Source: the human T2T-CHM13v2.0 reference genome, Homo sapiens
Assembly: GCF_009914755.1 (NCBI RefSeq)
Contig: NC_060927.1
Length of the DNA: 64,000 nt
Strand: one strand, 5' to 3'
Numbering within the stretch: position 1 is the first letter of the stretch; each line of letters begins with the position of its first letter. The notes below the pieces were generated by a model. It was given only the letters and a program-made list of their open reading frames with translations, had not been told where the DNA came from and made no database searches. This document shows positions 1-15,163 of the stretch, one piece after another. A program made the position numbers and the translations under genes.

Positions 1-577
1 AAAGCTGCCAGGAAGCTCGAACTGGGTGGAGCCCACCACAGCTCAAGGAGGCCTGTGTGCCTCTGTAGACTCCACCTCTGGGGGCAGGGCATAGCTGAAC
101 AAAAGGCAGCAGAAACTTCTGCAGACTTAAACGTCCCTGTCTGACAGCTTTGAAGAGAGTAGTGGCTCTCCCAGAACGGAGTGTGAGATCTGAGAACGGA
201 CAGACTGCTTCCTTAAGTGGGCCCCTGCCCCCTGAGTATCCTAACTGGGAGACACCTCCCAGTAGGTGCAGACTGACACCTCATAAAGCCGGGTGACCCT
301 CTGAGACGAAGCTTCCAGAGGAAGGATCAGGCAGCAACATTTGCTGTTCTGCAATATTTGCTGTTCTGCAGCCTCTGCTGCTGATACCCAGGCAAACAGG
401 GTCGGGAGTGGACCTCCAGCAAAATCCAACAGACCTGCAGCTGAGGGACCTGACTGTTAGAAAGAAAACTAACAAACAGAAAGGAATAGCATCAACATCA
501 ACAAAAAGGACATCCACACCAAAACCCCATCTGTAGGACACCATCATCAAAGACCAAAGGTAGATAAAACCACAAAG

Positions 578-1602
578 GTGGGGAGAATCCAGAGCAGAAA
601 AGCTGAAAATTCTAAAAATCAGAGCGCCTCTTCTCCTCCAAAGGATCACAGCTCCTCACCAGCAATGGAACAAACCTGGACGGAGAATGACTTTGACGAG
701 TTGACAGAAGTAGGCTTCAGAAGATCGGTAATAACGAACTTCTCCGAGCTAAAGAAGGATGTTCGAACCCATTGCAAAGAAGCTAAAAACCTTGAAAAAA
801 GATTACACGAATGGCTGACTAGAATAAAGAGCGTAGAGAAGACCTTAAAGGACCTGATGGAGCTGAAAACCATGGCACAAAAACTATGTGACGCATGCAC
901 AAGCTTCAGGAGCCAATCCGATCAAGTGGAAGAAAGGGTATCAGTGATTAAAGATCAAATGAATGAAATGAAGAAAAGGAGAAGTTTAGAGAAGAAAGAG
1001 TAAAAAGAAATGAACAAAGCCTCCAAGAAATATGAGACTATGTGAAAAGACCAAACCTACATTTGATTGGTGTACCTGAAAGTAATGAGGAGAATGGAAC
1101 CAAGTTGGAAAACACTCTGCAGGATATTATCCAGGAGAACTTCCCCAGCCTAGCAAGGCAGGCCAACATTCAAATTCAGGAAATACAGAGAACGCCACAA
1201 AGACACTCCTTGAGAAGACCAACCCCAAGACACATAATTGTCAGATTCACCAAGGTTGAAATGAAGGAAAAAATGTTAAGGGCAGCCAGAAAGAAAGGTT
1301 GGGTTACCCACAAAGGAAAGCCCATCAGACTAACAGTGGATCTCTCAGCAGAAACTTTACAAGCCAGAAGAGAGTGGGGGCCAATATTCAACATTCTTAA
1401 AGAAAAGAATTTTCAACCCAGAATTTCATATCCAGTCAAACTAAGCTTCATAAGTGAAGGAGAAATAAAATCCTTTACAGACAAACAAATGCTGAGAGAT
1501 TTTGTCACCACCAGGCCTGCCCTAAAAGAGCTCCTGAAGGAAGCGCTAAACAAGGAAAGGAACAACCAGTACCAGCCACTGCAAAAACATGCCAAATTGT
1601 AA
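578..1602 (+). pseudogene. L1 ORF1p, disrupted
   Basis: Start codon is GTG rather than ATG. Frameshift near 975 and TGA in place of TGG near 1033. C-terminus ...QPLQKHAKL* is recognisable. Confidence 0.93.
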
Positions 1603-1655
1603 AGACCATTGATGCTAGGAAGAAACTGCATCAACTAACGAGCAATGACATCATA

Positions 1656-5487
<3,832 letters not shown>

Positions 5488-5704
5488 ATTAGAACACACG
5501 GACGCAGGGCAGGGAACATCACACACTGGGGCCTGTTGTGGGGTGGGGGGAGTGGGGAGGGATAGTATTAGGAGAAATACCTAATGTAAATGACGAGTTA
5601 ATGGGTGCAGCACACCAACCTGGCGCATGTATATATATGTAACAAACCTGCACGTTGTGCACACGTACCCTAGAACTTAAAGTATAATAAAAAATAAAAA
5701 AGTA

Positions 5705-8490
5705 AGTAACAAGAAGAAAAGTTTAAAATCACATTACCTTGCATCACAAGAAACCAGAAAAAGTAGAGCAAATTAAATCCAAAATAAGTAAAAAAAAAAA
5801 AAAAGAAAAAAAGAGAAAATTAATGAAATATAAGATGAACAAACAATAGAGAAAATCAATAATATCAAAATTTCGATCTTTGTAAAGTGTAATAAAATTG
5901 ATAGGCCCCTTGGCAAGATAATCAAGAAAAATACATACATTAACAAAAACTTTTAAAAGGAGTGAGAAGGGGTTTATCACTACTGACTATAAACTTTGAA
6001 ACTGATAAAACTTTATACCAATATATTGGCAAATTTAAGTGAAATAGACAAATTTCTTAAAAAACACAAATGAACAAAACTAATGAAAGAAGAAATTAAA
6101 AACTAAATAGCCTAATATCTGTTAATGGAATTATACTCATAGTAAAAATCTTTCCCCCAAAGAAAACTTCAGGCTCAGGTGGCTTCTCCATTTAAGGAAG
6201 AAATATTACCAATCCTACACAAGCTCCTTCAGAAAAGAAGTAATATTTCTCAACTTGTTTTATAAGACCAGCATTATCCTGATAAAGTATTAAGGCGAAA
6301 AAGAAATTTAAAAGATCAGAAAAGAAGTAAAGCTGTCATTGTTCACAAACAACATGTTTGCGTATGTGAAGAACCCTACCAAAAATACTACTCAAACTAA
6401 TAAATGAATTTAGCAAGGTTATAGATACAAAAATTGACTGCATTTCTATATACACTCAATAAACAATTGGGAAATGTTTTAAAATTTACAGGCATATTTA
6501 AAAAAATCAAATAGCTAGGAACAGATCTAACAAAAGATGTGTAAGACCTCTCCATAGAAAACTACAAATATTGCTGAAAGAAATGAAGATGACATCATAA
6601 AAAAAAATGTAAAGCTATACCATATTCATAGATAAGAAGGCATAATATTGTTTAAATGTTCATTTTTCCTAAGCTGATCTATAGGTATGATGCAATTCCC
6701 ATAGAAATTCTAGCAAGCTTCTTTGAAGAAAGAAAAAAGCTGAATCTAAAATTTATATGGTAATGCAAAGAACCCAAAATAGTCAAAACAATCTTTTTTT
6801 TTTAGATGATCTCACTCAGGCTGGAGTGCAGTGGTGTGATCTTGGCTGACTGCAGCCTCCGCCTCCTGGGTTCAAGCGATTCTCCTGCCTCAGCCTCCTG
6901 AGTAGCTGGGATTACAGGTGCCCACCACCATGACCGACTAATTTTTGTATTTTTAGCAGAGACGGGGTTTTACTATGTTGGCCAGGCTGGTCTCACACTC
7001 CTCACCTCATGTGATCTGCCCACCTCAGTCTCCCAAAGAGCTGGCATTACAGGCGTGCCAAAACAATCTTTAAAAAGAACGAAGTTAGAAGATTTACACC
7101 ATCCAATTTTAAGATTTCTGTAAAGCTCCAGTAATCAAGATAGTGTGGTATTGGTGAAACCTAGACAAACAGACCAACGAAACAAAACAGAAAGTATATA
7201 AATAGAACCACACGGATATGGTTGATTGATTTTCAACAAAGTGGTGAAGTAAATCCGATTGGGAAGGGAAAGTCTTGTTAAGTATTGCTGGAACATAAAA
7301 CTGAATCTTGACTCTTCTTTCACTCCATAAACAAAAAATTACTTTGAGACAGATCACAGACCTAAGTACAAAAATCTTATCTATAAAGTTTCTAGAGAAA
7401 AACATAGTATCTTTCTGACTTGAGTCATGCAAAATTTTTTGATAAAGACCCACGCACAAGCTGTAAAAGAAAATACTGATAGATTGGACTCTACCAAAAC
7501 TAAAAATTCTACTCATAAAGGACATCATTAATAAAATCGTGTTTCTGACAAAGCACTTGTAATTAGAATATATAAGGAACTCCTAAAAGTCAACAATATA
7601 ATGGCAAAGTTGCAGGATACGAGGTCAATATAGAAAATTGGATTGTATTTCCATATACAACAATTATAAAGGTAAGTAATCCAATTTAAAAACTAAGCAA
7701 AAGATGTGGACAAATACTTCAGAAAATAAGATATACCAATGGCCAATAAGCATATGAAAGAGTGCTCAACTTCATTATCAGGGTAATGCAAATTAAAATG
7801 ACAATAAAATATTATTTCATACCCATTAGAATGGCTAAAATTTAAAAATCTGTCTACCCTAAATGTTAGTAAGGTTGTGGAGCAGCTGGAATTCTCATAC
7901 ATTGTTGGTGGTATTGTAAAATGGTAACACCTCTTTGGAGATCTGTTTGGCAATTTATAATAAAGTTCACATATATTTAATCTGTGACCCAAGAATTCCA
8001 CTCCTAATATTTATCCAACATAAATGAGAACATACGTTCACAAAAGAACTTGAACATGAATGTTGATAGCAGCTTCATTCATAACAGCCCCAAACTGGAA
8101 ACAACCTGAATATCCATTAACAGGGAACTAGATAAACTGTGCTATATGTGTATGATGAAATACACTCAGCAATAAAAAAGAACAAAATTCTAATACATGT
8201 GCTAATATGGTAGGATCTCAAAACTATATTGACAGAAACTTTGAAGAGTACATTCATTTATACGAATCTCAATAATGGACAAAGTTAATCTATAGTGATA
8301 GAAATCAGAAAGTAATTGTGGGGGTTGGGGGATTGATTGGAAAATGATATATAAAGAAACTTTCTGGGGTGATAAAAGTGTTCTGTATCTTGTGTGGGGC
8401 AGTGGCTACATAGGTGTACATTTACCAAAAATAATACACCAAACATTTAAGATCTGCATTTTATGTTTACCTCTCAATTAAAGAATTAAA
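5705..8490 (+). mobile_element. Old mammalian L1M fragment (degenerate ORF2 plus 3'UTR)
   Basis: A-rich decayed ORF2-like sequence and L1M-type 3' end (...aagatctgcattttatgtttacctctcaatt). Interrupted by an Alu at 6793. Confidence 0.8.
6793..7058 (-). mobile_element. AluS, slightly 5'-truncated
   Basis: Alu consensus; target-site duplication (TSD) caaaacaatcttt at 6784 and 7059. Confidence 0.93.
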
Positions 8491-8720
8491 TGCCGTTATT
8501 TTTTAAAAGAGCAGAAAATGAGAAGGTTGATTATAAATAGGGAACAAAGGTAGGAATTAACAGATGTTTTCCTGAATGGAGACCTCTATACCATTGAGTC
8601 CAACCAGAATCAGCAATTTTATTTAACATTTTTATAAGTTATTTGGAAGATCTTCAAGTGTGCAGATGCCACTGATCTCTTTCTGGTGGGGCCAAGCCAA
8701 AAATACAACACTATCTCTAG

Positions 8721-9033
<313 letters not shown>

Positions 9034-9208
9034 AGGCAAGTTTTTAAATTTCAGGTCATGATCCATTGGTGAGTGGTGAGATCAACTTAGTAAGTCATGA
9101 CCTGAATACTTTTAATAAAACAGATGAGACTAAACTGGAAAGTATCAGAATGTATATAATAACAGTGAAATATTGTTCTGTGAAATTTTTGTCTGAAATG
9201 CATTGGAC

Positions 9209-9523
<315 letters not shown>

Positions 9524-10034
9524 TGACTTCTTTCTAAGTGGCTCAATTTTTTCTTTTTTCTTTTTTAAGAGAGCAATGGTTACTCAGGAGTATAGGAGAG
9601 AGGGTAGCGGTCACTTATTGCTATAGCCCAACCAAGCTTTGGCTGCCGTATGCTTAAATATACTTAAGATGTGTGTAAAGACATACGTGTGTGTATTGAG
9701 ACATGATGTAAAATGTATTTCTTACCGTGAGCTGAGATAAAAATTTTTGAGGCTTCATAAGCAGGTAAAAAGTGATATCTGAGCAAGCAAGTTGTGGGGA
9801 TGTATAGGGGAGCTTGGGGCTCTAAATTCTTGCACAGGAAGGGCCCGGGAGTTACTATAGATAGTAACAGTATAGACTCATTCAGCACACAGTGTAAGGC
9901 CACCAAGATGCTGAGTCCCAATAGGAAAGAAGAGAAAGATCCCATCTTTCTCTTGTACGAAATTATGTTCTCTCCCCACTTAGAAGAGACAAAACAGCAG
10001 GGACGGCTACAAAATGGCAGGATTACCCAGTGCA

Positions 10035-10150
10035 GCTGCTCAGTGCCACATTGCACAACTCCAGAGGGTGCTCTCACACAGACTGCAATGTGAATAGCTC
10101 CCCCTGGAGTTGAGCGGTGCACAACCCAAACAACCCTACCAGGCAACCGT
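10035..10150. mobile_element. MER91A-like hAT-Tip100 palindromic MITE
   Basis: CAACTCCAG...CTGGAGTTG inverted repeat and tgcacaac motifs match the recalled MER91A consensus. Confidence 0.7.
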
Positions 10151-10420
10151 AAGTATAGTGATTAAGAGCACAAGCTTTGGAGTCCAACAAACCTGGGGGC
10201 CTGTCTCAGACTGAATCCCAGACTATATAACCTGGGGCAGGTTATTTAGCCTCCTTGAGCCTCAATTTTCCAAACAGAATATGTTATACATCCCTAGGGC
10301 CTATTTCAGTGTCTGGCATTGAATAACAATAAACACGTGTCAAATGCATCGAGCTAATACTAGTACCTGCCTAAAAGGTGGTGGTGAGGAGCAAAGAAAT
10401 TGACATACGAAAGGTTTTTA
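10150..10420 (+). mobile_element. MIR, apparently interrupted by an L2 3'-end-like fragment
   Basis: gtatagtgattaagagcacaagctttggagtc...ctgagcctcaattttcc-like MIR head and core. The 10295-10350 segment resembles the L2 tail. Confidence 0.6.
10334..10339. promoter_or_regulatory. Distal CACGTG E-box of the BHLHE40 promoter
   Basis: aaaCACGTGtc. BHLHE40 is an established CLOCK:BMAL1 target and autorepresses via CACGTG E-boxes. Confidence 0.6.
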
Positions 10421-12109
10421 ATATCTACAAAAGATGACAGACTGAAATAGTAACATTCTCCAGGATGGAAAGATCTATGCCACGTAGGAATTGTTTGTTC
10501 AAATTATTATTTTTTAAAAGCCATAAGCTATGGAGAGAATAACAGAGTTTTGTTTTGTTTTTTAATCCTGATACGGTGGAAGTCTGGTAGGATGGGAACC
10601 GTTCTTGAAGCTTGAGAATACATTCGGAACAAATAAAAAGTAGGAAATGCATACATTTTGTTATTTACAGTTGTAGGGCAGGTAAGGGCAAAACGTATTG
10701 ATAAACTCAAAGAATTTTAAGAATGATATTGTCATGAGCCATGAGCCATGGAAGCTGCAAGGTTTGGGCTCCCTCCTGCCATCGGGTGGGGGGTGTCGGC
10801 GGAAGGGGGTACGTGTCCTGTCCTCTCCCAGTGCTTATTTCCTGCTGGAACCGTGGTTTTGACGCAGCCGTGACAGCCCTTCATCCTTATTAAAATCACA
10901 CAATGAAGCAGGTCGCCCAAGATTGAAAGCGCGTTTCCAGGGCGGACCCCGGTCCCCGCCTTTGGCCAGCAAAAGTACATTCTGGCAGGGAGGGATCTCT
11001 GAGCCCCGAAGTGAGGTCATGCCAGTTAGCAGTTAGAAAAGGAGGCATTTCTCACACTTGCTAAAGAGTTTGACGCTTGTGAAATATAAACAGGAAGCGG
11101 GAGCTCTCCAAGGCGACCTGAAGGAAATACACTGCCAGTTTGGTCAACTTGTGAATGCCAGTTCTCTAGGTCGTCAAGGGCACTGCCAGTTAAGACTGAT
11201 CCCCTAACTGCACCCGAGGCTACTACTCTTCGCCCAGTCTCGGCAGTGACCCCATTTTTTTTTCAATCCTTCCCACAGCCAGGTCACTCAGCAGTGGGGT
11301 GACTGACCCGAAGCGCAGTGGGAAGGGCTTACAGTCATCTCTCAACTCCCCGAACTTGCAGGGCAGGGGAGCGCAGAGGTCAGTGAAATCCCCAGCCAGG
11401 CCTTATTTTAGTCATGAGTTTCCACTGGCTCCCTCCTCTGACTGTATCAGCGCTGCTCACACCGCGGGATTGGAGTTTCAGCTGTTTTCCCTGCTCCCGG
11501 CTGAGTGAGAAGGTCACAGAGCCCGGACCTTTCCGGGGGAGGTGGGTGGGGCCCTCCGGCAGCCTAAGTGAGATTGCAGAGATCTGGGGCCGCTGGAGGA
11601 GGTCCTTCCGCCCCGGGCTTGGGGCTTTGGGTTAGCTTCTCCCCCGCTTCTCTACCTAGGCATCTCGGTTACAATGAAATTAAAAACAAAACACAAAGCA
11701 ACACAAGTTCTCATTGTTTTTCCCCTCTGTCAGCCAGTGGCCTCGATACAATTTTCCCAGGGCTGCCTTTCCTTTATTGCTCAATTTAACCTCTTCCTAG
11801 AGGTTCTGCAAGTTCAAGGGCAGGATCCGTGTCGGATTCATCAACTAGTGCAGCGCCTAGCGCAGAGCAGGGGGCTCAAGAAATACGTGTCGACCGCATG
11901 ATTGCTAAGATTTCCCTGTAACAGGCGGTTTTTTTTTCTTGTCTCTCTCATCCCTCCTGCCCTGGGTGCAGACCGCGAACAGCGCCGCCGAACTTCCCAA
12001 CAGGCAGGGAGAGGGCCGATCCGGGCTGGCACGCCACGTCCCCGGGGTCTCAGTCCCTGGGTCAACGCAGAGAGGCTCGCGGTCCGCGGTGCTACGACCT
12101 GAGCCCGGC

Positions 12110-12127
12110 CACGTGAAGCGTCACGCC
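12110..12127 (+). promoter_or_regulatory. Tandem E-box: CACGTG-N6-CACGCC
   Basis: CACGTGaagcgtCACGCC; E1-E2 spacing typical of CLOCK:BMAL1 sites. Confidence 0.7.
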
Positions 12128-12681
12128 CTGCGCTGCTGCAGGGCAGGCGCCGCCGCCGCGGTTGTGTAACGCTGCAGCCGGAGGGGAGGCGACCGGGGCG
12201 CCTCTGCTCCGGAGGGGGCAGAGGAGGGAGGGAGCGCCGGGCACAGCGCCCGGTATCTTTCTGCGCTTGACTGGCCGGGAGGAAGGGGGTGACACTGGGG
12301 CACCCAGGGGGCTGCGCAACCGGGTGCCCGCCCGCCCGCAGGTTGTGCCCAGGAGCGGAGCTCCTGGGAGCGAGGGGCCCTCGGCTCACACCCTCCACGG
12401 TCAGGTGCGCGCGGCGTGCTCGGCGGCAGCCTCAGCTGCCCCTGCGCTTGGCCGTCGGCCCGCTTCCCATGGGGTGACATCCGCCCCGCCCCTCGGTCCC
12501 TCCCCAAGGCGGGCAATTCCTGGACGCGAGGGTGAGCAGTGGGGGCAGGGAAGCCAGGATGGAAAGAAACCCCAGCCTCTGGGGAAGGCTGGGGGGCCGG
12601 GCGACTCCCTCCGCAGCGCGCCGGTTCCTCCAAGCGGGCCGGGCGGGGGAGGAGGAAGAGGGCTGGGCTGGAGCTAGCAAG

Positions 12682-12691
12682 GGGATATTCC
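12682..12691 (+). promoter_or_regulatory. NF-kB-type motif
   Basis: GGGATATTCC matches GGGRNWYYCC; motif only. Confidence 0.4.
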
Positions 12692-12973
12692 TCTCCCGGC
12701 TTGAGTCAGACGCGGGCGGATCCGTCCTCCCCCGTTCCCTCCCAGGAGACGGGAACTTACTTCATTTCCCTGGGGCAGGTTCGCCCACGTTACCAACTTC
12801 TCCCCCTCCCCCAGCACCCCCGTCCCTTCCAGCTTCCGCGCCCCCCACCCAACTGGGCAGGACCCAGGTCGTGCTGCCACCCCCTCTTCGGGGAAAGGCG
12901 GCCGCAGCCGCAGACACCTGGGGGCCGGGGCTGGGGGTGGGGGCTCCCTAGCAGCCGCCGGAGCGTTGTCCAA

Positions 12974-12990
12974 CACGTGAGACTCATGTG
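12974..12990 (+). promoter_or_regulatory. Proximal E-box pair CACGTG-N5-CATGTG
   Basis: CACGTGagactCATGTG, about 240 bp upstream of the inferred TSS. Confidence 0.75.
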
Positions 12991-13041
12991 ATGAAGCCGG
13001 GGGAGGGCGGGCAGGTCGCTCCTTCCCTCCCCGGCAGTGGC

Positions 13042-13075
13042 CAGACGTGCCTGGAGTCACAGGGTAGAACACGTA
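13042..13075 (+). promoter_or_regulatory. Hypoxia response element: ACGTG-N8-CACAG, overlapping SMAD CAGAC, plus inverted TACGTG
   Basis: ACGTG 13045-13049 and CACAG 13058-13062, the same spacing as the EPO HRE; CACGTA at 13070-13075. BHLHE40 is an established HIF and TGF-beta target. Confidence 0.75.
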
Positions 13076-13218
13076 GCTCCAACCCACCCACTCGCTCCCA
13101 TTTAACCCAGCCCGCAGCCTCTCCATTACTCCTCGGCTTGCCCCCCCACCCCCCCACTCCGCCCTAACCGCCCCCCCCTCACCCGCTCCCTCCCGCCTCC
13201 CCGCCCGCCCCACTTCTC

Positions 13219-13500
13219 ATTCACTTGGCTCGCACGGCGCAGACAGACCGCGCAGGGAGCACACACCGCCAGTCTGTGCGCTGAGTCGGAGCCAGAGGCC
13301 GCGGGGACACCGGGCCATGCACGCCCCCAACTGAAGCTGCATCTCAAAGCCGAAGATTCCAGCAGCCCAGGGGATTTCAAAGAGCTCAGACTCAGAGGAA
13401 CATCTGCGGAGAGACCCCCGAAGCCCTCTCCAGGGCAGTCCTCATCCAGACGCTCCGCTAGTGCAGACAGGAGCGCGCAGTGGCCCCGGCTCGCCGCGCC
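13219..13500 (+). other. BHLHE40: BHLHE40 5'UTR; TSS inferred at Inr
   Basis: CTCATT matches the BBCABW initiator just downstream of a GC-box array; no TATA box. Exact TSS is inferred. Confidence 0.6.
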
Positions 13501-13580
13501 ATGGAGCGGATCCCCAGCGCGCAACCACCCCCCGCCTGCCTGCCCAAAGCACCGGGACTGGAGCACGGAGACCTACCAGG
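13501..13580 (+). CDS. BHLHE40: BHLHE40 coding exon 1 (MERIPSAQPPPACLPKAPGLEHGDLP)
   Basis: Strong Kozak gccATGG; donor GG|GTAAGT. Confidence 0.98.
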
Positions 13581-13743
13581 GTAAGTTGGCACTCCTTGGC
13601 CCTTCAAGCCTCAACTGCAGCCCCATGTTATGCGCCACTCTCAACTTGGAGCAGCTCCGGGCGCACCGGGAGGTTCTTGCCCGGCAGAACGCCTGCAGCC
13701 GTGCGCAAGCAGTCACGACCCTTCCTGGTCTCTCTTCCTGCAG

Positions 13744-13813
13744 GATGTACCCTGCCCACATGTACCAAGTGTACAAGTCAAGACGGGGAATAAAGCGGAG
13801 CGAGGACAGCAAG
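13744..13813 (+). CDS. BHLHE40: BHLHE40 exon 2 (MYPAHMYQVYKSRRGIKRSEDSK)
   Basis: Polypyrimidine-CAG acceptor and AAG|GTAAGC donor; phase consistent (80+70=150 nt). Confidence 0.98.
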
Positions 13814-14082
13814 GTAAGCAAGTGCACCCCTAGGGACCCTGCGCTCAGCCCCTCGCGCGCGCTGAGTTTCCAAGAAAAGTTTTCTCGCTTTGAGGTTGGC
13901 GAGGGGATGCAGGGTGTGGGCTCGGTGCCTCTTCTGAGTGACTTGGAAAAGAAAGGGCAGACGATGGTTCTGGGTGCTACTCTGCTACTCTGCTCCTCTG
14001 CCGGACTGTTGCTGCGGGGCTGGGAGGATAGGCTTCTCATCTCCTTCCCCAAGCGCCCACCGCCTCCCCGTGCGTCTTGCAG

Positions 14083-14190
14083 GAGACCTACAAATTGCCG
14101 CACCGGCTCATCGAGAAAAAGAGACGTGACCGGATTAACGAGTGCATCGCCCAGCTGAAGGATCTCCTACCCGAACATCTCAAACTTACA
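14083..14190 (+). CDS. BHLHE40: BHLHE40 exon 3, basic region and helix 1 (ETYKLPHRLIEKKRRDRINECIAQLKDLLPEHLKLT)
   Basis: Hairy/E(spl)-class bHLH; CAG acceptor and GTAAGT donor; 108 nt. Confidence 0.98.
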
Positions 14191-14942
14191 GTAAGTGAGA
14201 AGCTGGCCCCTTTCCAACCCAGTCCTTTGCCCAGAGGGCGGGCGGGTCACTCGCCGCCTGCAGGTTCCGCGGGGAACTGCAGACCAGACTGGCGGATCAG
14301 AGCTGGCGGGTGGCTCTGCGGTGGGGTCCTCCTCCACAGTCCTGGCGTTTTCTGGCTGACTCATGCAAATGAGGCGAGAACCACTTGGACCTCTCCAAGT
14401 TGGCTCCAACACCAACTGGCCTTCCTTTTCAGGAGTTTAACTTCTGGTGATTTTCAGGATTCCCTAGTTTTTCTCACTTAAAGGAACACGCCAAGAAACA
14501 CACACATTTTATTTACCCCTTCCCCTCTACCACTCCCCCCACCTTTTTTGTTGTTGTTGTCAAATAAGGGGACTTGCTTTGGTGTGTGATTTTTACGGCC
14601 TGTCCTTTCTTGACAGTAGCCCTCGGCTACTTCGCAGCCTTTGGTTGGGGAAATGGAAAAAAAAAAAATAGTATTTCGGGAGGAACAAAAAAGCCTGGAT
14701 GAGCTGGAAGTTCTGAAAGGGTGTAAGGAAAGAAGTAGGGAAAGCCTCTTGGCTGCCAGACGTAATAGAGGTCCCTCTCTGAGTTGACACCACTGCAGGA
14801 AAATGTTATCTCTGGATTCCCCTGAGTTAAGGTCGGCAGAGGCTGCTGGAGAAATTTATCTGTCAAAGGATTTTCCTGAGGTAGTTGCAGCTTCCAAAAT
14901 GCCTCCAAAGACAGGTGGCACCCGTTTTTTTAAATTATTTAA

Positions 14943-14956
14943 TTATATATATATAT

Positions 14957-14990
<34 letters not shown>

Positions 14991-14995
14991 TATAT
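14943..14995. repeat. (TA)n(CA)n microsatellite in intron 3
   Basis: Seen directly. Confidence 0.9.
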
Positions 14996-15163
14996 GAGTG
15001 TATCTGTCTATCTTTTTAAAAGCATGACCTACAGACTTAAAACAGCCAACCAGGAAACACTATTCCACTTTTTTTTTTCTTTTCTCATTTCTCATTGCTA
15101 ATAAATGTCCCAAAGGTGGGACTTCTCTGACCTCACCGCTGACTAAGGCTCTTTTCCTTCCAG

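Larger units (their letters stand above)
11850..14350. promoter_or_regulatory. CpG island / BHLHE40 promoter, spanning exons 1-3
   Basis: Very GC- and CpG-rich, with many GC boxes, overlapping the first exons. Confidence 0.93.

Noticed and set aside
281-649. Antisense 122-aa ORF as L1 ORF0
   Set aside because: ORF0 lies further 5' in the L1 UTR, outside the window; this is a generic antisense L1 reading frame.
10733-10750. (CATGAGC) triplet as a p53 element
   Set aside because: CATG cores are spaced 7 bp rather than 10 bp and the flanks do not fit RRRCWWGYYY.
11841-13566. Many 130-185 aa ORFs on both strands in the promoter
   Set aside because: Pro/Gly/Arg/Ala-rich products of stop-poor CpG-island DNA, mostly with non-ATG starts and no recognisable domains.
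13586-14481. 190-aa and 134-aa ORFs as separate genes
   Set aside because: They are BHLHE40 exons 2 and 3 read through flanking introns.
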